A DNA stretch of 64,000 nt. Origin: Tubiluchus corallicola. Taxonomy: Eukaryota; Animalia; Priapulida. Position 1 is the first letter of the stretch. The number at the start of each line of letters is the position of its first letter. The notes beneath the pieces were generated by a model that worked only from the letters and a program-made list of their open reading frames with translations, did no database searches and was not told where the DNA came from. Positions 48,383-58,456 of this stretch are shown in pieces. The stretch spans positions 62,001-126,000 of the forward strand of contig JAQGDQ010002369.1 in NCBI GenBank assembly GCA_030141605.1, given 5' to 3'. The position numbers and the translations under genes were made by a program.

Positions 48383-50578
48383 ATGATTTTTCGGATCTTT
48401 CTTTTAGCCATTTCCTGCTGTGTAAATATAGCCGAGGCATATGAAGCAACTCAACATCGCGCAAACACTCCTTCTTTGGAAACGATTCTCATGGGAGATA
48501 GAATGAATTTCGAGGATAAAATTCACAACCTGACATCTTTCGTACACGATATACAGGAAACACCTTCCATCATTGGAAAAATAGAAATTCTGGATCGACA
48601 TCCCAACGTGAAAGAGTTTAACGATAGAAATGAGTTCTCTTTTTCCGGGATGGACCCTTCTTCCGTGCTAGTGTGCAAAGAAATCATTGCTCTAGATCAA
48701 GATCGATATCTTTTCAACCATTGGGAACCGGGCGAAGTTCTAAAGATCATTCCCCAGCTCCTGCAGATCGAAGATTTTTATCAAGACCTTGGTGGAATCC
48801 TCGGTTATCACCTTCAGATGCTCAAGCTTCTTCAAAAATCAGAAACGACAAGAGAAGGGATGCGTTTCTTCCCTCCCACTTTCCTCGATATTAGAGAAGA
48901 AAATGAAGAAGTGCGGCAAGCAGTGCTTTGGGGATTGGAATCATTGCCTTTGATGGCAGAGTTCTATCCTTTGGGAGGCGCTGCTGACAGACTTCACCTC
49001 GTGGATGAAAAAACAGGGTCTGAGCTTCCTGCTGCCAAATTGGAATTTCTAGGAAGAACATTATTGGAGCATCTGATTTCTGATTTGGAAGGAAGAGAGA
49101 ATCTCTACGCCAAAATTTTCGGTAAAAAGATCACTACTCCTGTTGTGATCATGAGCTCCCAGGAAAAAAATAATCATCGTCATGTACTCGATATATGCGA
49201 GGAAAAAAACTGGTTTGGCAGAGGCAAAGAAAATTTCTTTATTTTCATCCAGCCTTTAGTTCCCACGCTCACTGAAGAAGGCAACTGGTGTATGAAATCA
49301 AAAGGGGAAATGCTCATGAAGCCTGGAGGGCATGGTGCTCTTTGGAAGCTGGCGAAAGATAAAGGCGCTCTTCGCTGGTTGAAAGAGAAAGGCAGAAGCA
49401 AAGCAGTGATACGACAGATCAATAATCCTTTGGCTGGACTGGATTACGGCCTGCTCGCTTTTGCTGGATGGGGGTGCAAACAAAAACAGCATTTTGGTTT
49501 TAGCTCCTGCCCAAGACTTGTAGGTGCCGCTGAAGGAGTCAACCTTCTCGTCGAAAAAAGAAGTGAAGATGGTTATCAGTTTTTCCTAACCAATATTGAG
49601 TATTGCGACTTCGAAAAGTGGGGAATCGAGGACATTCCCGAGAAGGGAGGAGGGAAATATTCCCAATTTTCGTCGAATACAAATATCTTATTCGCCGATT
49701 TGGATGCCATTGATAAGGCAGTGGGAAATTGTCCTTTTCCTGGGATGCTTATCAACCTCAAAGACGTTTCTATAGGAGGCAGAGAGATAAAGGTCGCAAG
49801 ACTGGAATCTACCATGCAGAACATAGCTGATGCACTAACAGAAACATCTCTTTCTTCTTTTGAAGAAGGATTCAAAATTTCAAAGACGTTTGCCTGCTAT
49901 AATCATCGACGTAAAACGATTTCACCTGCAAAAAGAGCATACATTTCCGGGCGTACATCTATGGAGACGCCGGAAAGAGCTCTTTATGATCTTCACCAAA
50001 GCTTTGAGGATCTCTTAACGAACTATTGCCACTTCGATGTTCCGCAAGAAAATGAGTTTGAAACATATCTGTCGGATGGTCCGTCTGTCCTCTATTCGTT
50101 TCATCCCACATTAGGTCCTCTTTTTTCAGTCATTAGCCAGAAAATCAAAGGAGGGAAAATACATCCTTTCAGTGAAATGAGATTTGAAATTTCTGAATTA
50201 GAGGTTTTGGATCTTGAGCTTAAAGGAAGCCTTGTTGTCTCTGCTGATACTCTGACTGGCAAAGACTGTGGAAAATGCACCCTACGCCACGTAAAGGTAG
50301 AAAATGAAGGGATCGACTGGAATGCTTCGAAGCATATTTGGAAGGGGTATCCCCAAAGAAAAGAAAACGTGGAGATCGTTCTGCATGGAAATGGAGAATT
50401 TCATGCTGAAAATGTCACATTCCGTGGCTCTCACCATTTTGAAGTAGAAGATGGGCAGAGGATGATCGCACGCGAAGAGGGGGGAGAGATTCAAGTAGAA
50501 ATCGAGCGGATCGAAAAGCCAACCTGGTCTTGGAAAATCACTGTGCAGGACTCTTCCCGGATTGTCTTGAGCAAATAA
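48383..50578 (+). CDS. UTP-glucose-1-phosphate uridylyltransferase (UGP3-like)
   Basis: YPLGGAADRL, LPAA, KPGGHG, RQINNP, TNIEY, RLESTMQNIAD. Confidence 0.8.
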   Translation: MIFRIFLLAISCCVNIAEAYEATQHRANTPSLETILMGDRMNFEDKIHNLTSFVHDIQETPSIIGKIEILDRHPNVKEFNDRNEFSFSGMDPSSVLVCKEIIALDQDRYLFNHWEPGEVLKIIPQLLQIEDFYQDLGGILGYHLQMLKLLQKSETTREGMRFFPPTFLDIREENEEVRQAVLWGLESLPLMAEFYPLGGAADRLHLVDEKTGSELPAAKLEFLGRTLLEHLISDLEGRENLYAKIFGKKITTPVVIMSSQEKNNHRHVLDICEEKNWFGRGKENFFIFIQPLVPTLTEEGNWCMKSKGEMLMKPGGHGALWKLAKDKGALRWLKEKGRSKAVIRQINNPLAGLDYGLLAFAGWGCKQKQHFGFSSCPRLVGAAEGVNLLVEKRSEDGYQFFLTNIEYCDFEKWGIEDIPEKGGGKYSQFSSNTNILFADLDAIDKAVGNCPFPGMLINLKDVSIGGREIKVARLESTMQNIADALTETSLSSFEEGFKISKTFACYNHRRKTISPAKRAYISGRTSMETPERALYDLHQSFEDLLTNYCHFDVPQENEFETYLSDGPSVLYSFHPTLGPLFSVISQKIKGGKIHPFSEMRFEISELEVLDLELKGSLVVSADTLTGKDCGKCTLRHVKVENEGIDWNASKHIWKGYPQRKENVEIVLHGNGEFHAENVTFRGSHHFEVEDGQRMIAREEGGEIQVEIERIEKPTWSWKITVQDSSRIVLSK

Positions 50579-50608
50579 AATTTATATCGATTCTTGAATC
50601 ACGTTGGG

Positions 50609-50650
50609 AATAAAAAAAGGCGGTAATGGAGATTACCGCCCTTTTTTATT
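50609..50650. terminator. Bidirectional terminator
   Basis: A-tract, GGCGGTAAT/ATTACCGCC stem, T-tract, between convergent genes. Confidence 0.85.
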
Positions 50651-50673
50651 TCAAAAATTATTATGAAAAAGAC

Positions 50674-51033
50674 TTAAGCAGTTTTTTCAGTGTTTCTGCA
50701 GCAAAGAGCGTAGCCAATTGCGAGAGCAGCTAGAGTAGCTGCAGCGCCAATGCCCGCTGCTTTCATTTCTTGAGGGTGTGTAGAAACATAATCTTTGATG
50801 ATATGGAAATTTCTTACAGTCCATTCTTTTGCTGTACAGAAACTACCTTTTACAAAGTTTGAAACAACAGAAAAAGCTTCACTTGCGATCGACCCGATTT
50901 TTTTTAATAGATCACCGGCATGTTGACCCACAACAGTTACAGTTCGTTTCATCCATTGTGCAGCTTGACTGGCGGACTCAGATGCTTGATGGCAAAAGCC
51001 CTTCATTGTGCTTTGCACGTCTGCTACGTTCAT
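50674..51033 (-). CDS. Small protein with C-terminal TM anchor
   Basis: AGGAGG RBS; amphipathic body; hydrophobic tail followed by CC. Confidence 0.7.
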   Translation of the reverse strand: MNVADVQSTMKGFCHQASESASQAAQWMKRTVTVVGQHAGDLLKKIGSIASEAFSVVSNFVKGSFCTAKEWTVRNFHIIKDYVSTHPQEMKAAGIGAAATLAALAIGYALCCRNTEKTA

Positions 51034-51395
51034 TAGAACCTCCTAATAGAGTTTATATATGTATAGTACCTTGAAGCTATCCCTTGATAAGAAGCGTCTC
51101 CAGATATCCTTTACTCTAACTTTTTTCAAAACCGTTTCGAAAAAAGCCAAAGCTATTTGAAGACAGCCCCTTTAAAATCGGCGGATATTATATGTTACAT
51201 TTGATTAATGTAAAGAGCTGGTAAACTTTTAATAAAAGTCTTTACAGTTAGTTTGTTTTTCGTTTGTAGAAAAGTTCTTTTTGGGAACACCTGCACCAGG
51301 CCGACAGAAAGCTTTTTGAGAGATAGGTTTTTTTGACTTTATTCATTTTTTTCGATAAAAGACAGGTTCAAAGATCCTTTTTTTTGGAGAAAACC

Positions 51396-52491
51396 ATGAA
51401 TGCGGAAGCAAAAGAAAAAATAGCTGAAATCGAACGAAGACTTGCTGAAATGCGGAGGTATCTTTGACCTCGATAAAAAAGAAAGTCAGGTTAAAGAACT
51501 AGAATCAAAAATGGAAGACCCTTCCTTCTGGGAGGACCAGTCTTCAGCTCAAAAAATCATTGATGAATGCAACCTTCTAAAGAAATGGACCATTCCCTAC
51601 AGGGAATTGGAGCTTCGTTTCACAAGCGTGTCCGAACTCTATCCTGAAGCGGAAGCAGAAGGCGATGAAGAGCTTTTGGATGAACTATCTGAAGAGACCT
51701 TCCGTATTGAAAAAGATCTTTCCGATTTGGAGATTCAAAAGATGCTCTCAGGAGAGCTCGATTCCAAAGGATGCTATCTAAGCATCAATGCAGGAGCGGG
51801 TGGAACGGAGAGTTGCGATTGGGCTTCAATGCTTTCGAGGATGTATTCTCGGTGGGCGGCGAAAAAGGGTTGGAAAGCAGAAGTTATCGATAAGGTAGAT
51901 GGAGATGTTGCGGGGATCAAAAGCGTCACCTATAAATTCGAAGGGGATTTTGCTTATGGATATGCGAAATCTGAAAAGGGCGTCCACCGTCTTGTTCGAA
52001 TCTCTCCCTTTGACAGTAATGCGAAAAGACACACAAGTTTTGCGTCTGTTGATGTGAACCCCTCGATAGAAGAAGATATTTCGATAGACATCAAACTCGA
52101 TGATCTTCGCATCGATACTTTTCGTTCTTCAGGTGCAGGAGGACAACACGTAAATACCACTGATTCTGCCGTGAGAATCACCCACCTTCCAACCGGAATC
52201 GTTGTTTCCTGTCAAAATGAACGAAGCCAGCTGCAGAATAAAGAGACCTGCATGAAAATGTTGAAGTCCAAACTCTATGAAAAAGAAGTATTAGAGAGGG
52301 AAAGCAAACTCAAAGAAATGAGCGGAGAGAAAAAAGAGATTGCCTGGGGGTCGCAAATTCGAAATTATGTATTCCAGCCCTACACATTAGTCAAGGATAC
52401 GAGGACGAAGTTCGAATCGGGTAATATTCAAGCAGTCATGGATGGTGAAATCGATGAATTTGTGAATGCTTTTTTAAAAGAGTTTGGATAG
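51396..52491 (+). CDS. prfB: Peptide chain release factor 2 with programmed +1 frameshift
   Basis: ATG 51396; AGG TAT CTT TGA C site at 51462-51468; SPF and GGQ motifs. Confidence 0.97.
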
Positions 52492-52515
52492 ATTGACACT
52501 GTTCTAAGGATTTCA

Positions 52516-53037
52516 ATGACAGAACCGAAAAAGTCAGAAATTGATATTCGTTATACGGAAGCAGGAGATCTGCCTCATTTGATCAAATGGCTGAACGATC
52601 CGGAAACGATTGCCTGGTTTCCTATGAAAACCCAAAAGGAAATTGACGAATCGGCTAGAAACTGGATTGGTTTTTCCAAGTATAAGTCTAGTCTTACTGC
52701 ACTCAATGACAAGAATGAAGTATGCGGCATAGCAACTTTGTTTTTGATGCCTTACAAAAAAGTTGCCCATCACGCTTTGATCTATTTCATCATCGGCAGA
52801 CCTTTTATCAACAAGGGGGTTGGAACAACGCTGATGAAAAACATCCTGCATTTAGCAAGAAATTATTTTTCGCTTGAACATGTGCACATTGAAGTGTATG
52901 AAGGCTGTCCGATTTTGAAATTGTTGGAAAAATTCGATTTTCAAACTCTTGCGCGTCAGGAGCATTTCGTTAAAGACGAAAACCACTATAAGACTCGCAT
53001 TTTATTGGGACATTTTTTTGATGGAAAAACCGATTAG
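52516..53037 (+). CDS. GNAT N-acetyltransferase
   Basis: NKGVGT acetyl-CoA motif; paralog of the next gene. Confidence 0.8.
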   Translation: MTEPKKSEIDIRYTEAGDLPHLIKWLNDPETIAWFPMKTQKEIDESARNWIGFSKYKSSLTALNDKNEVCGIATLFLMPYKKVAHHALIYFIIGRPFINKGVGTTLMKNILHLARNYFSLEHVHIEVYEGCPILKLLEKFDFQTLARQEHFVKDENHYKTRILLGHFFDGKTD

Positions 53038-53515
53038 CGTTTGCTTTTCTACGCTCGATGATACACCCCAACTTATCAAGTGGCTTTCAGAGCCTGATAT
53101 TCTTCGGTGGTTTCCCATGTATAACGAAAAGGAGATCGAAGACGCAGCCAAAATTTGGATTAGCTACACCAAATACAAAGCTGTTCTGACAGCTCTTTGG
53201 GAAAATAACCCCTGTGGAATAGCCAATCTTTATTTGCAGCCTTATAAAAAACTTGCCCATCAATGTCTTTTCGCCATCATCGTCGATGAGAAATATCGGA
53301 ATAAGGGGGTAGGCACGCATTTAATGAAAGAGTTGATCAAGTTGGCCAAAGAACGGTTTCATTTGGAGTTTTTACATCTCGAAGTCTATGAGGGAAATCC
53401 GGCTTTCACTCTATATGAACGCCTTGGTTTTCAACAATATGGCTTCCATCCCAAGTTCCTGAAGGAAGCTGATGGAACTTATTTGGGAAAAATCTTAATG
53501 CAAAAAACTTTATAA
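53021..53515 (+). CDS. GNAT N-acetyltransferase
   Basis: RNKGVG, N.A..LYERLGF; ATG at 53021. Confidence 0.85.
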   Translation: MEKPISVCFSTLDDTPQLIKWLSEPDILRWFPMYNEKEIEDAAKIWISYTKYKAVLTALWENNPCGIANLYLQPYKKLAHQCLFAIIVDEKYRNKGVGTHLMKELIKLAKERFHLEFLHLEVYEGNPAFTLYERLGFQQYGFHPKFLKEADGTYLGKILMQKTL

Positions 53516-53535
53516 AATTGATTAGGTAATTAGCT

Positions 53536-54363
53536 ATGAGTGCGGGCCTATCCGCTCCTATAATGACATATCACGAGCTTCACGAGAAGCTGTCGCGGTT
53601 TTCACCCGTAAAAATTGAGTTGATCATCAATAAGAATCGGTCAACTTATTTGAGCGTTTTGGAAAAGAAGCGAAAATGGCTCAAACTCTCTTTGCATCGC
53701 CTATTTTTACAGGCTCCTGAAGAGGTTTTGGAAGCAGCTATTCATTATGCTTTGAGGAAAGATGCCCAGGCTTTGCAAAAGCTCAGTGTCTTTTCAGAAA
53801 AATATTTTGCCACAGTTCGTATTCCTGTTGACCCTCAAAAATTGGTCACAAAAGGGAAAGTTTATGACTTGAAGGAAGTGTTTTCCAGAGTCAACAAGAT
53901 CTACTTTAATGATTCTCTGGATCTTCATCTTTCTTGGTTCCGAAAGCCGAACTATAGGACTTTCAATAGCATGACTTTAGGAACTTACGACCGACATCAA
54001 AAATTAATTAGAATCAATCAACTTCTGGATGATGAATTTTTTCCCTCTTTTTTTATCGATTACATCATGTATCATGAGATGCTTCACGAAGTCTGCCCCC
54101 CTCATATCGATAAAGCGGGAAGGCGATGGGTCCATACTCCTCTTTTCAGGAAAATGGAAAAAGAGTTCCTTCATTATGAAGCAGCTCTTGCCTGGGAGAA
54201 GAAATGGACCAGTTTTTTGAAACCCAAAAAGAGAAAAAAAAAAGAAAAGATTTTATGGCTGGCCATAGTAAATGGGCGAATATCAGGCACAGAAAAGATA
54301 GGGCGGACAAAAAGAAAGGAAAGGTCTTTTCGCGCTTGGCTAAGGAAATCATTTCTGCCGTAA
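53536..54363 (+). CDS. SprT-like zinc metalloprotease domain protein
   Basis: YHEMLH plus downstream HT..F. Confidence 0.7.
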   Translation: MSAGLSAPIMTYHELHEKLSRFSPVKIELIINKNRSTYLSVLEKKRKWLKLSLHRLFLQAPEEVLEAAIHYALRKDAQALQKLSVFSEKYFATVRIPVDPQKLVTKGKVYDLKEVFSRVNKIYFNDSLDLHLSWFRKPNYRTFNSMTLGTYDRHQKLIRINQLLDDEFFPSFFIDYIMYHEMLHEVCPPHIDKAGRRWVHTPLFRKMEKEFLHYEAALAWEKKWTSFLKPKKRKKKEKILWLAIVNGRISGTEKIGRTKRKERSFRAWLRKSFLP

Positions 54364-54971
54364 AGCAGGGCGGTCCAGATCCAAAAGCAAATTCCAAATT
54401 GAAACTGGTCATTCAAAAGGCCAAAGCAGCGAACCTGCCTTCCGATACAATCGATCGGAATATTAAAAAGGCTTCTTCTGCTTCTCAAGAAGACTACCAC
54501 GAAGTTTCCTATGAAATTTACGGTCATGGCGGAACAGGCATCATTGTAGATATATTGACGGACAATAAAAACCGTTCTGCTTCCGATATTCGGATTGCGA
54601 TCAACAAATGCGGAGGCAACATTGCAAACCCTGGTGCTGTGGTCTTCAATTTTGATCGAAAAGGCGTGATTCAAATTCCAAAAGACAAGGGAGAAGAGGA
54701 GGCCATTTTCGAAGCAGCTAGTGATGCAGGCGCTGAGGATTTTGATCTATCTGAAGATCAGTACATCATTACGACTGCACCTGAAGATCTGTATAAAGTA
54801 AAAGAAAAGATCGAAGAAAAGGGAATAGACTCTCTAGAAGTAGAACTGACCATGATCCCTAAAACATACGTCGATTGCAAACCGGAAGATGCAGAAGCTA
54901 ACATCAAGCTGATCGAATGGTTGGAAAATATCGATGATGTCGATGCAGTCTATCACAATATGAACCTTTGA
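54255..54971 (+). CDS. yebC: YebC/PmpR family protein
   Basis: MAGHSKWANI, YEIYG, TDNKNR, DDVDAVYHN. Confidence 0.95.
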   Translation: MAGHSKWANIRHRKDRADKKKGKVFSRLAKEIISAVKQGGPDPKANSKLKLVIQKAKAANLPSDTIDRNIKKASSASQEDYHEVSYEIYGHGGTGIIVDILTDNKNRSASDIRIAINKCGGNIANPGAVVFNFDRKGVIQIPKDKGEEEAIFEAASDAGAEDFDLSEDQYIITTAPEDLYKVKEKIEEKGIDSLEVELTMIPKTYVDCKPEDAEANIKLIEWLENIDDVDAVYHNMNL

Positions 54972-54978
54972 CAGCTTC

Positions 54979-56343
54979 ATGAATCGAATAGATCTTCCCT
55001 TTCCAGTAACTCGCCAACACATTCTTCGACTCACCTGTCTATTTCAAGATCAGCCTGGAACCTGTTTCCTTTATTCCGGTGGGGCATCTGACCTTGCCAA
55101 ACACTCCTTTCTCTGGTTATTTCCCCACGAGGCATTTTCCATTTCATCCCACTCCTCTTTTTCTCATGGAACAGGAGAAAAAAAATGGGAGGTCTCTGAT
55201 ACAAAGGCTTGGTCCTTTTTGGGTGAAAATCTCACTTCGGAAGAAAAATGGGTAGGCTATTTATCCTATGAAATGGGTCTGAATGCCGATCCTGACTGCA
55301 GGGTCAAAGGTAAGAGTGGATATCTTCCTCTGGCCTATTTTCAAAAAACAAAAGTGATCGTAAAAATCGATCATCAAACCGATCAATGCGAGCTTTATTA
55401 TCATCCTGATTTAAATGGGAATGAACTGGCGTGGATAGAATCTTTTAAACGGGCTTCCTTTTGGGATGCATTGGCCGATCCGGAACCAGCAACCCTTCAA
55501 ATTTTCGATGTTCACATGGAAGAGAAAGAGGCTTACTTTAAGAAGTTTGCCCATATTCAAGAGTTGATTCGCCAGGGAGAAGTTTACCAGGTCAACCTCT
55601 CTCATGAAATGCACATCGAAGGACTCTTTGACTCCTATGATATTTTCTACCGTCTCGTGCAGTGCAATCCTTCGGCTTTTGCCGCTTTTATGCGCTTTCA
55701 GGATTTTTCAATCATTTCTTCTTCTCCTGAAAGGCTTCTTTCAAAGTCGGGAGATATCCTGGAAACGAGGCCTATCAAAGGAACTGCACCTCGGGGAAAA
55801 GATAAAGCTGAAGACCAGGAAAGTAGAGAAAATCTGTTAAGTTCGAAAAAAGAAAAAGCAGAACTCCTTATGATTACGGACTTGGCAAGGAATGATTTAG
55901 GAAAGATCTCCGAGATAGGGACTGTTGCAGTACCCTCGATGTTTTCTCTGGATGCCTATCAAAATGTATTTCATATGCATTCGAAGGTCATTTCAAGGGC
56001 GCGAAAAAATCTCGATCCTGTTTCTCTTCTCCGTGCTGTTTTTCCCGGCGGGTCGATCACAGGGTGTCCCAAATTGAGAGCTCAAGAAGTGATTGCTGAA
56101 TTAGAAGGGCGCCCGAGGGAAATTTATACAGGATCGATTGGATATGTCTGGGAGAACGATTTCGATTTTAACATAGCTATCCGGACTCTTCTCTTTTATC
56201 ATAATACTCTTTCATTGCAAATTGGAGGAGCGATTGTATCCGACTCCGATCCAGAGAAAGAATATGAAGAGACCCTTCATAAAGGAGCTTCAATATTTAA
56301 AACTTTAGGGTTAGAAAAAGGTCAATGGGTATCTGCTTTTTAA
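54979..56343 (+). CDS. pabB: Aminodeoxychorismate synthase component I (TrpE/PabB family)
   Basis: GEVYQVNL, SSPE, PIKGT, MITDLARNDL, PGGSITGCPK. Confidence 0.8.
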   Translation: MNRIDLPFPVTRQHILRLTCLFQDQPGTCFLYSGGASDLAKHSFLWLFPHEAFSISSHSSFSHGTGEKKWEVSDTKAWSFLGENLTSEEKWVGYLSYEMGLNADPDCRVKGKSGYLPLAYFQKTKVIVKIDHQTDQCELYYHPDLNGNELAWIESFKRASFWDALADPEPATLQIFDVHMEEKEAYFKKFAHIQELIRQGEVYQVNLSHEMHIEGLFDSYDIFYRLVQCNPSAFAAFMRFQDFSIISSSPERLLSKSGDILETRPIKGTAPRGKDKAEDQESRENLLSSKKEKAELLMITDLARNDLGKISEIGTVAVPSMFSLDAYQNVFHMHSKVISRARKNLDPVSLLRAVFPGGSITGCPKLRAQEVIAELEGRPREIYTGSIGYVWENDFDFNIAIRTLLFYHNTLSLQIGGAIVSDSDPEKEYEETLHKGASIFKTLGLEKGQWVSAF

Positions 56344-57161
56344 ACGATCGGTTTGTAGAGGAAAAAAAGGCTCTTGTCCCTGCGGTGGACCGGGGTTTTT
56401 TGTTTGGGGACGGGGTATTCACAACAGTTCTGGTTGAAGATGGGAGAGTTGTATTCATCGATGATCATCTCAACCGGCTGGAAGATCATGCCCGGAAAAT
56501 CGGAATTGAACCTCCCAATATCCATCTCGATGTCATCACTGAACTCATTAAAAAAAACCGGGCAACTTCAGGAAGATGGCGTCTTCGGATCACTATGACA
56601 GGAGGAAACAATCCCGAAATATATCTTCCTACACGGCAAATGGGACAGTTTCTCATGCTCCTCCGCCCCATTCCGAATGCGCCTAAAGATCCTCTCAGCC
56701 TTTGTGTATATCCTGAAAGAGGATCAACTCCACTGGCAAAAATCAAAACGCTTTCTTATCTCAACCGGGTGTGGCTTCGTGATTTTGCGATAAAGAAGGG
56801 GTTTCATGATTCTCTCATTCTAGATCCGGACCAATATGTTCTGGAAGGCTCCATGGCTAACCTTTTTTGGATTCAAAAAAAGACTTTTTATTTTCCGAGT
56901 AAAAAACTTCCCTATTTGATGGGAATTACATTGGAATATCTGATCAAAGCTGCCCGAGTATTAGGCTTCAATATAAAGGAAGAGAAGGCTACTTTGGGTG
57001 ATTTGAAAGGCTCTTCTCTTTTCTTAAGTAGTTCTTTATTAGGATTTCATCCAATTAAACAAATAGAAAACCAATCATTTAAAAGAAATACCTCCATCGA
57101 GTCATTATTAAAAAAAGAATTCAACGAGATAGTTTTAAAAAACAGTTTCAATTCTATTTAA
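56325..57161 (+). CDS. pabC: Aminotransferase class IV, probable 4-amino-4-deoxychorismate lyase
   Basis: DRGFLFGDGVFTT, HLNRL, KT..Y, EG..NLF, GIT. Confidence 0.75.
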   Translation: MGICFLNDRFVEEKKALVPAVDRGFLFGDGVFTTVLVEDGRVVFIDDHLNRLEDHARKIGIEPPNIHLDVITELIKKNRATSGRWRLRITMTGGNNPEIYLPTRQMGQFLMLLRPIPNAPKDPLSLCVYPERGSTPLAKIKTLSYLNRVWLRDFAIKKGFHDSLILDPDQYVLEGSMANLFWIQKKTFYFPSKKLPYLMGITLEYLIKAARVLGFNIKEEKATLGDLKGSSLFLSSSLLGFHPIKQIENQSFKRNTSIESLLKKEFNEIVLKNSFNSI

Positions 57162-57217
57162 TGAAATCTTAATTCTCGTTCCTTAAGATATCCCCCAAAT
57201 TAAGACCAAAATTGTTT

Positions 57218-58456
57218 ATGAGTGTTTCTCCTCCTCAATTCCTTCCTAGTACTACCTTTGAGCAGTTGAGCGACTCTCTATCCGGTGATCGAATGGTGGA
57301 CAAGCTTGCGCGAGCATCCCAGAAACAAAGATACATCGAGTACGCGTCTTACAGTTATGAAGACATCTTTATGAACTATTCCATATTGGGGACTCCTTCT
57401 ATCTATTACATAGCAGAGACAATCAAATACGTAGCTCTGGCAGTCTTTCAATATCTGGGGCAATTTGTTGCATGGATTTTCTCTTCACTAAGCTGTTTCG
57501 ATCTCTCCCGTCGTGTGCAGCTTTTTAGTCTCTCTTGCAAAGAGGCCAAAAATGAGATTTACGATCGAAGAGAGGCGATGAAAAAAAGATCTTCTTTCCT
57601 CAATATGATTGAATTTGCGCAGATGCATCAAGACATTGAAACCTATGGAAAGGATTTTCTCGTTCCATGCCGAAACCAGTATTCACAAAGGGCCCAGGCT
57701 CTGGCAGGGCAGCCTATCATTCCAATATCCATGGTTCAGGATGAAAGAGTTCGCAATTTGACCTATGGGAGGAAAGTATTGGACTTTTCCCATCCGGAGG
57801 GGGTTTGCAATGGAATGAGCAACTTCTTTATCTACCTCTATTTTAAAACCCAGTCCTACTTTGACAATCCTGAAGCTCACCTTGTGAAGCTGGCAAAACT
57901 GTTTCAAAGGGGAGCCATGGAAGAGGCGATGATTTCACAGTCTCTGGGAAGGGTTCAAAGCAAGTTCTGGAAATTGGATGAAAAAGAGACCCTTGCTTAC
58001 ATGAGCCCTAATCCTTCTACGATGGATCCCCATAATGAAGAATTAAGAAAATCTCATATAAGAAACGGGATCTACAAGGTTTGTCTCTATAATTTGGAAC
58101 AGTCAAAGAAATTAACGGGACATGCCATGGTCCTCATAAAGCTATCAGATACTCAGGCTTATATTTTCGATCCGAATCATGGTTTGATTCGAAGAACAGG
58201 CAGTGGGTTGAATGCAAAGCTTTTTTCTTTCTTTAAAAAACATCTGAAACTTGCAGCGAAAGGCAGTAGTGAAAAAGCATCGGTGGTGTTAGAAAAATTT
58301 TCGATCGAGAAAGAGCCGAAGCGGATCAAAGAAACTACCAGGGAAGAAATCGTTCAATTTTTGGATCAGCTCTCCTCCATTCAATCGGATCCTCAATGGG
58401 GCCAGGTCTACGATCATAATTTCATTCCTGATCGGAATATTGTGATTCACACCTGA
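57218..58456 (+). CDS. Putative effector with YopT-like (C58) cysteine protease triad
   Basis: GVCNGMS, GHAMVL, FDPNHG. Confidence 0.6.
   Translation: MSVSPPQFLPSTTFEQLSDSLSGDRMVDKLARASQKQRYIEYASYSYEDIFMNYSILGTPSIYYIAETIKYVALAVFQYLGQFVAWIFSSLSCFDLSRRVQLFSLSCKEAKNEIYDRREAMKKRSSFLNMIEFAQMHQDIETYGKDFLVPCRNQYSQRAQALAGQPIIPISMVQDERVRNLTYGRKVLDFSHPEGVCNGMSNFFIYLYFKTQSYFDNPEAHLVKLAKLFQRGAMEEAMISQSLGRVQSKFWKLDEKETLAYMSPNPSTMDPHNEELRKSHIRNGIYKVCLYNLEQSKKLTGHAMVLIKLSDTQAYIFDPNHGLIRRTGSGLNAKLFSFFKKHLKLAAKGSSEKASVVLEKFSIEKEPKRIKETTREEIVQFLDQLSSIQSDPQWGQVYDHNFIPDRNIVIHT

Noticed and set aside
54255-54363. 109-nt overlap of the SprT-like gene with yebC
   Set aside because: Tail is low-information read-through past an A-rich tract; no sign of function
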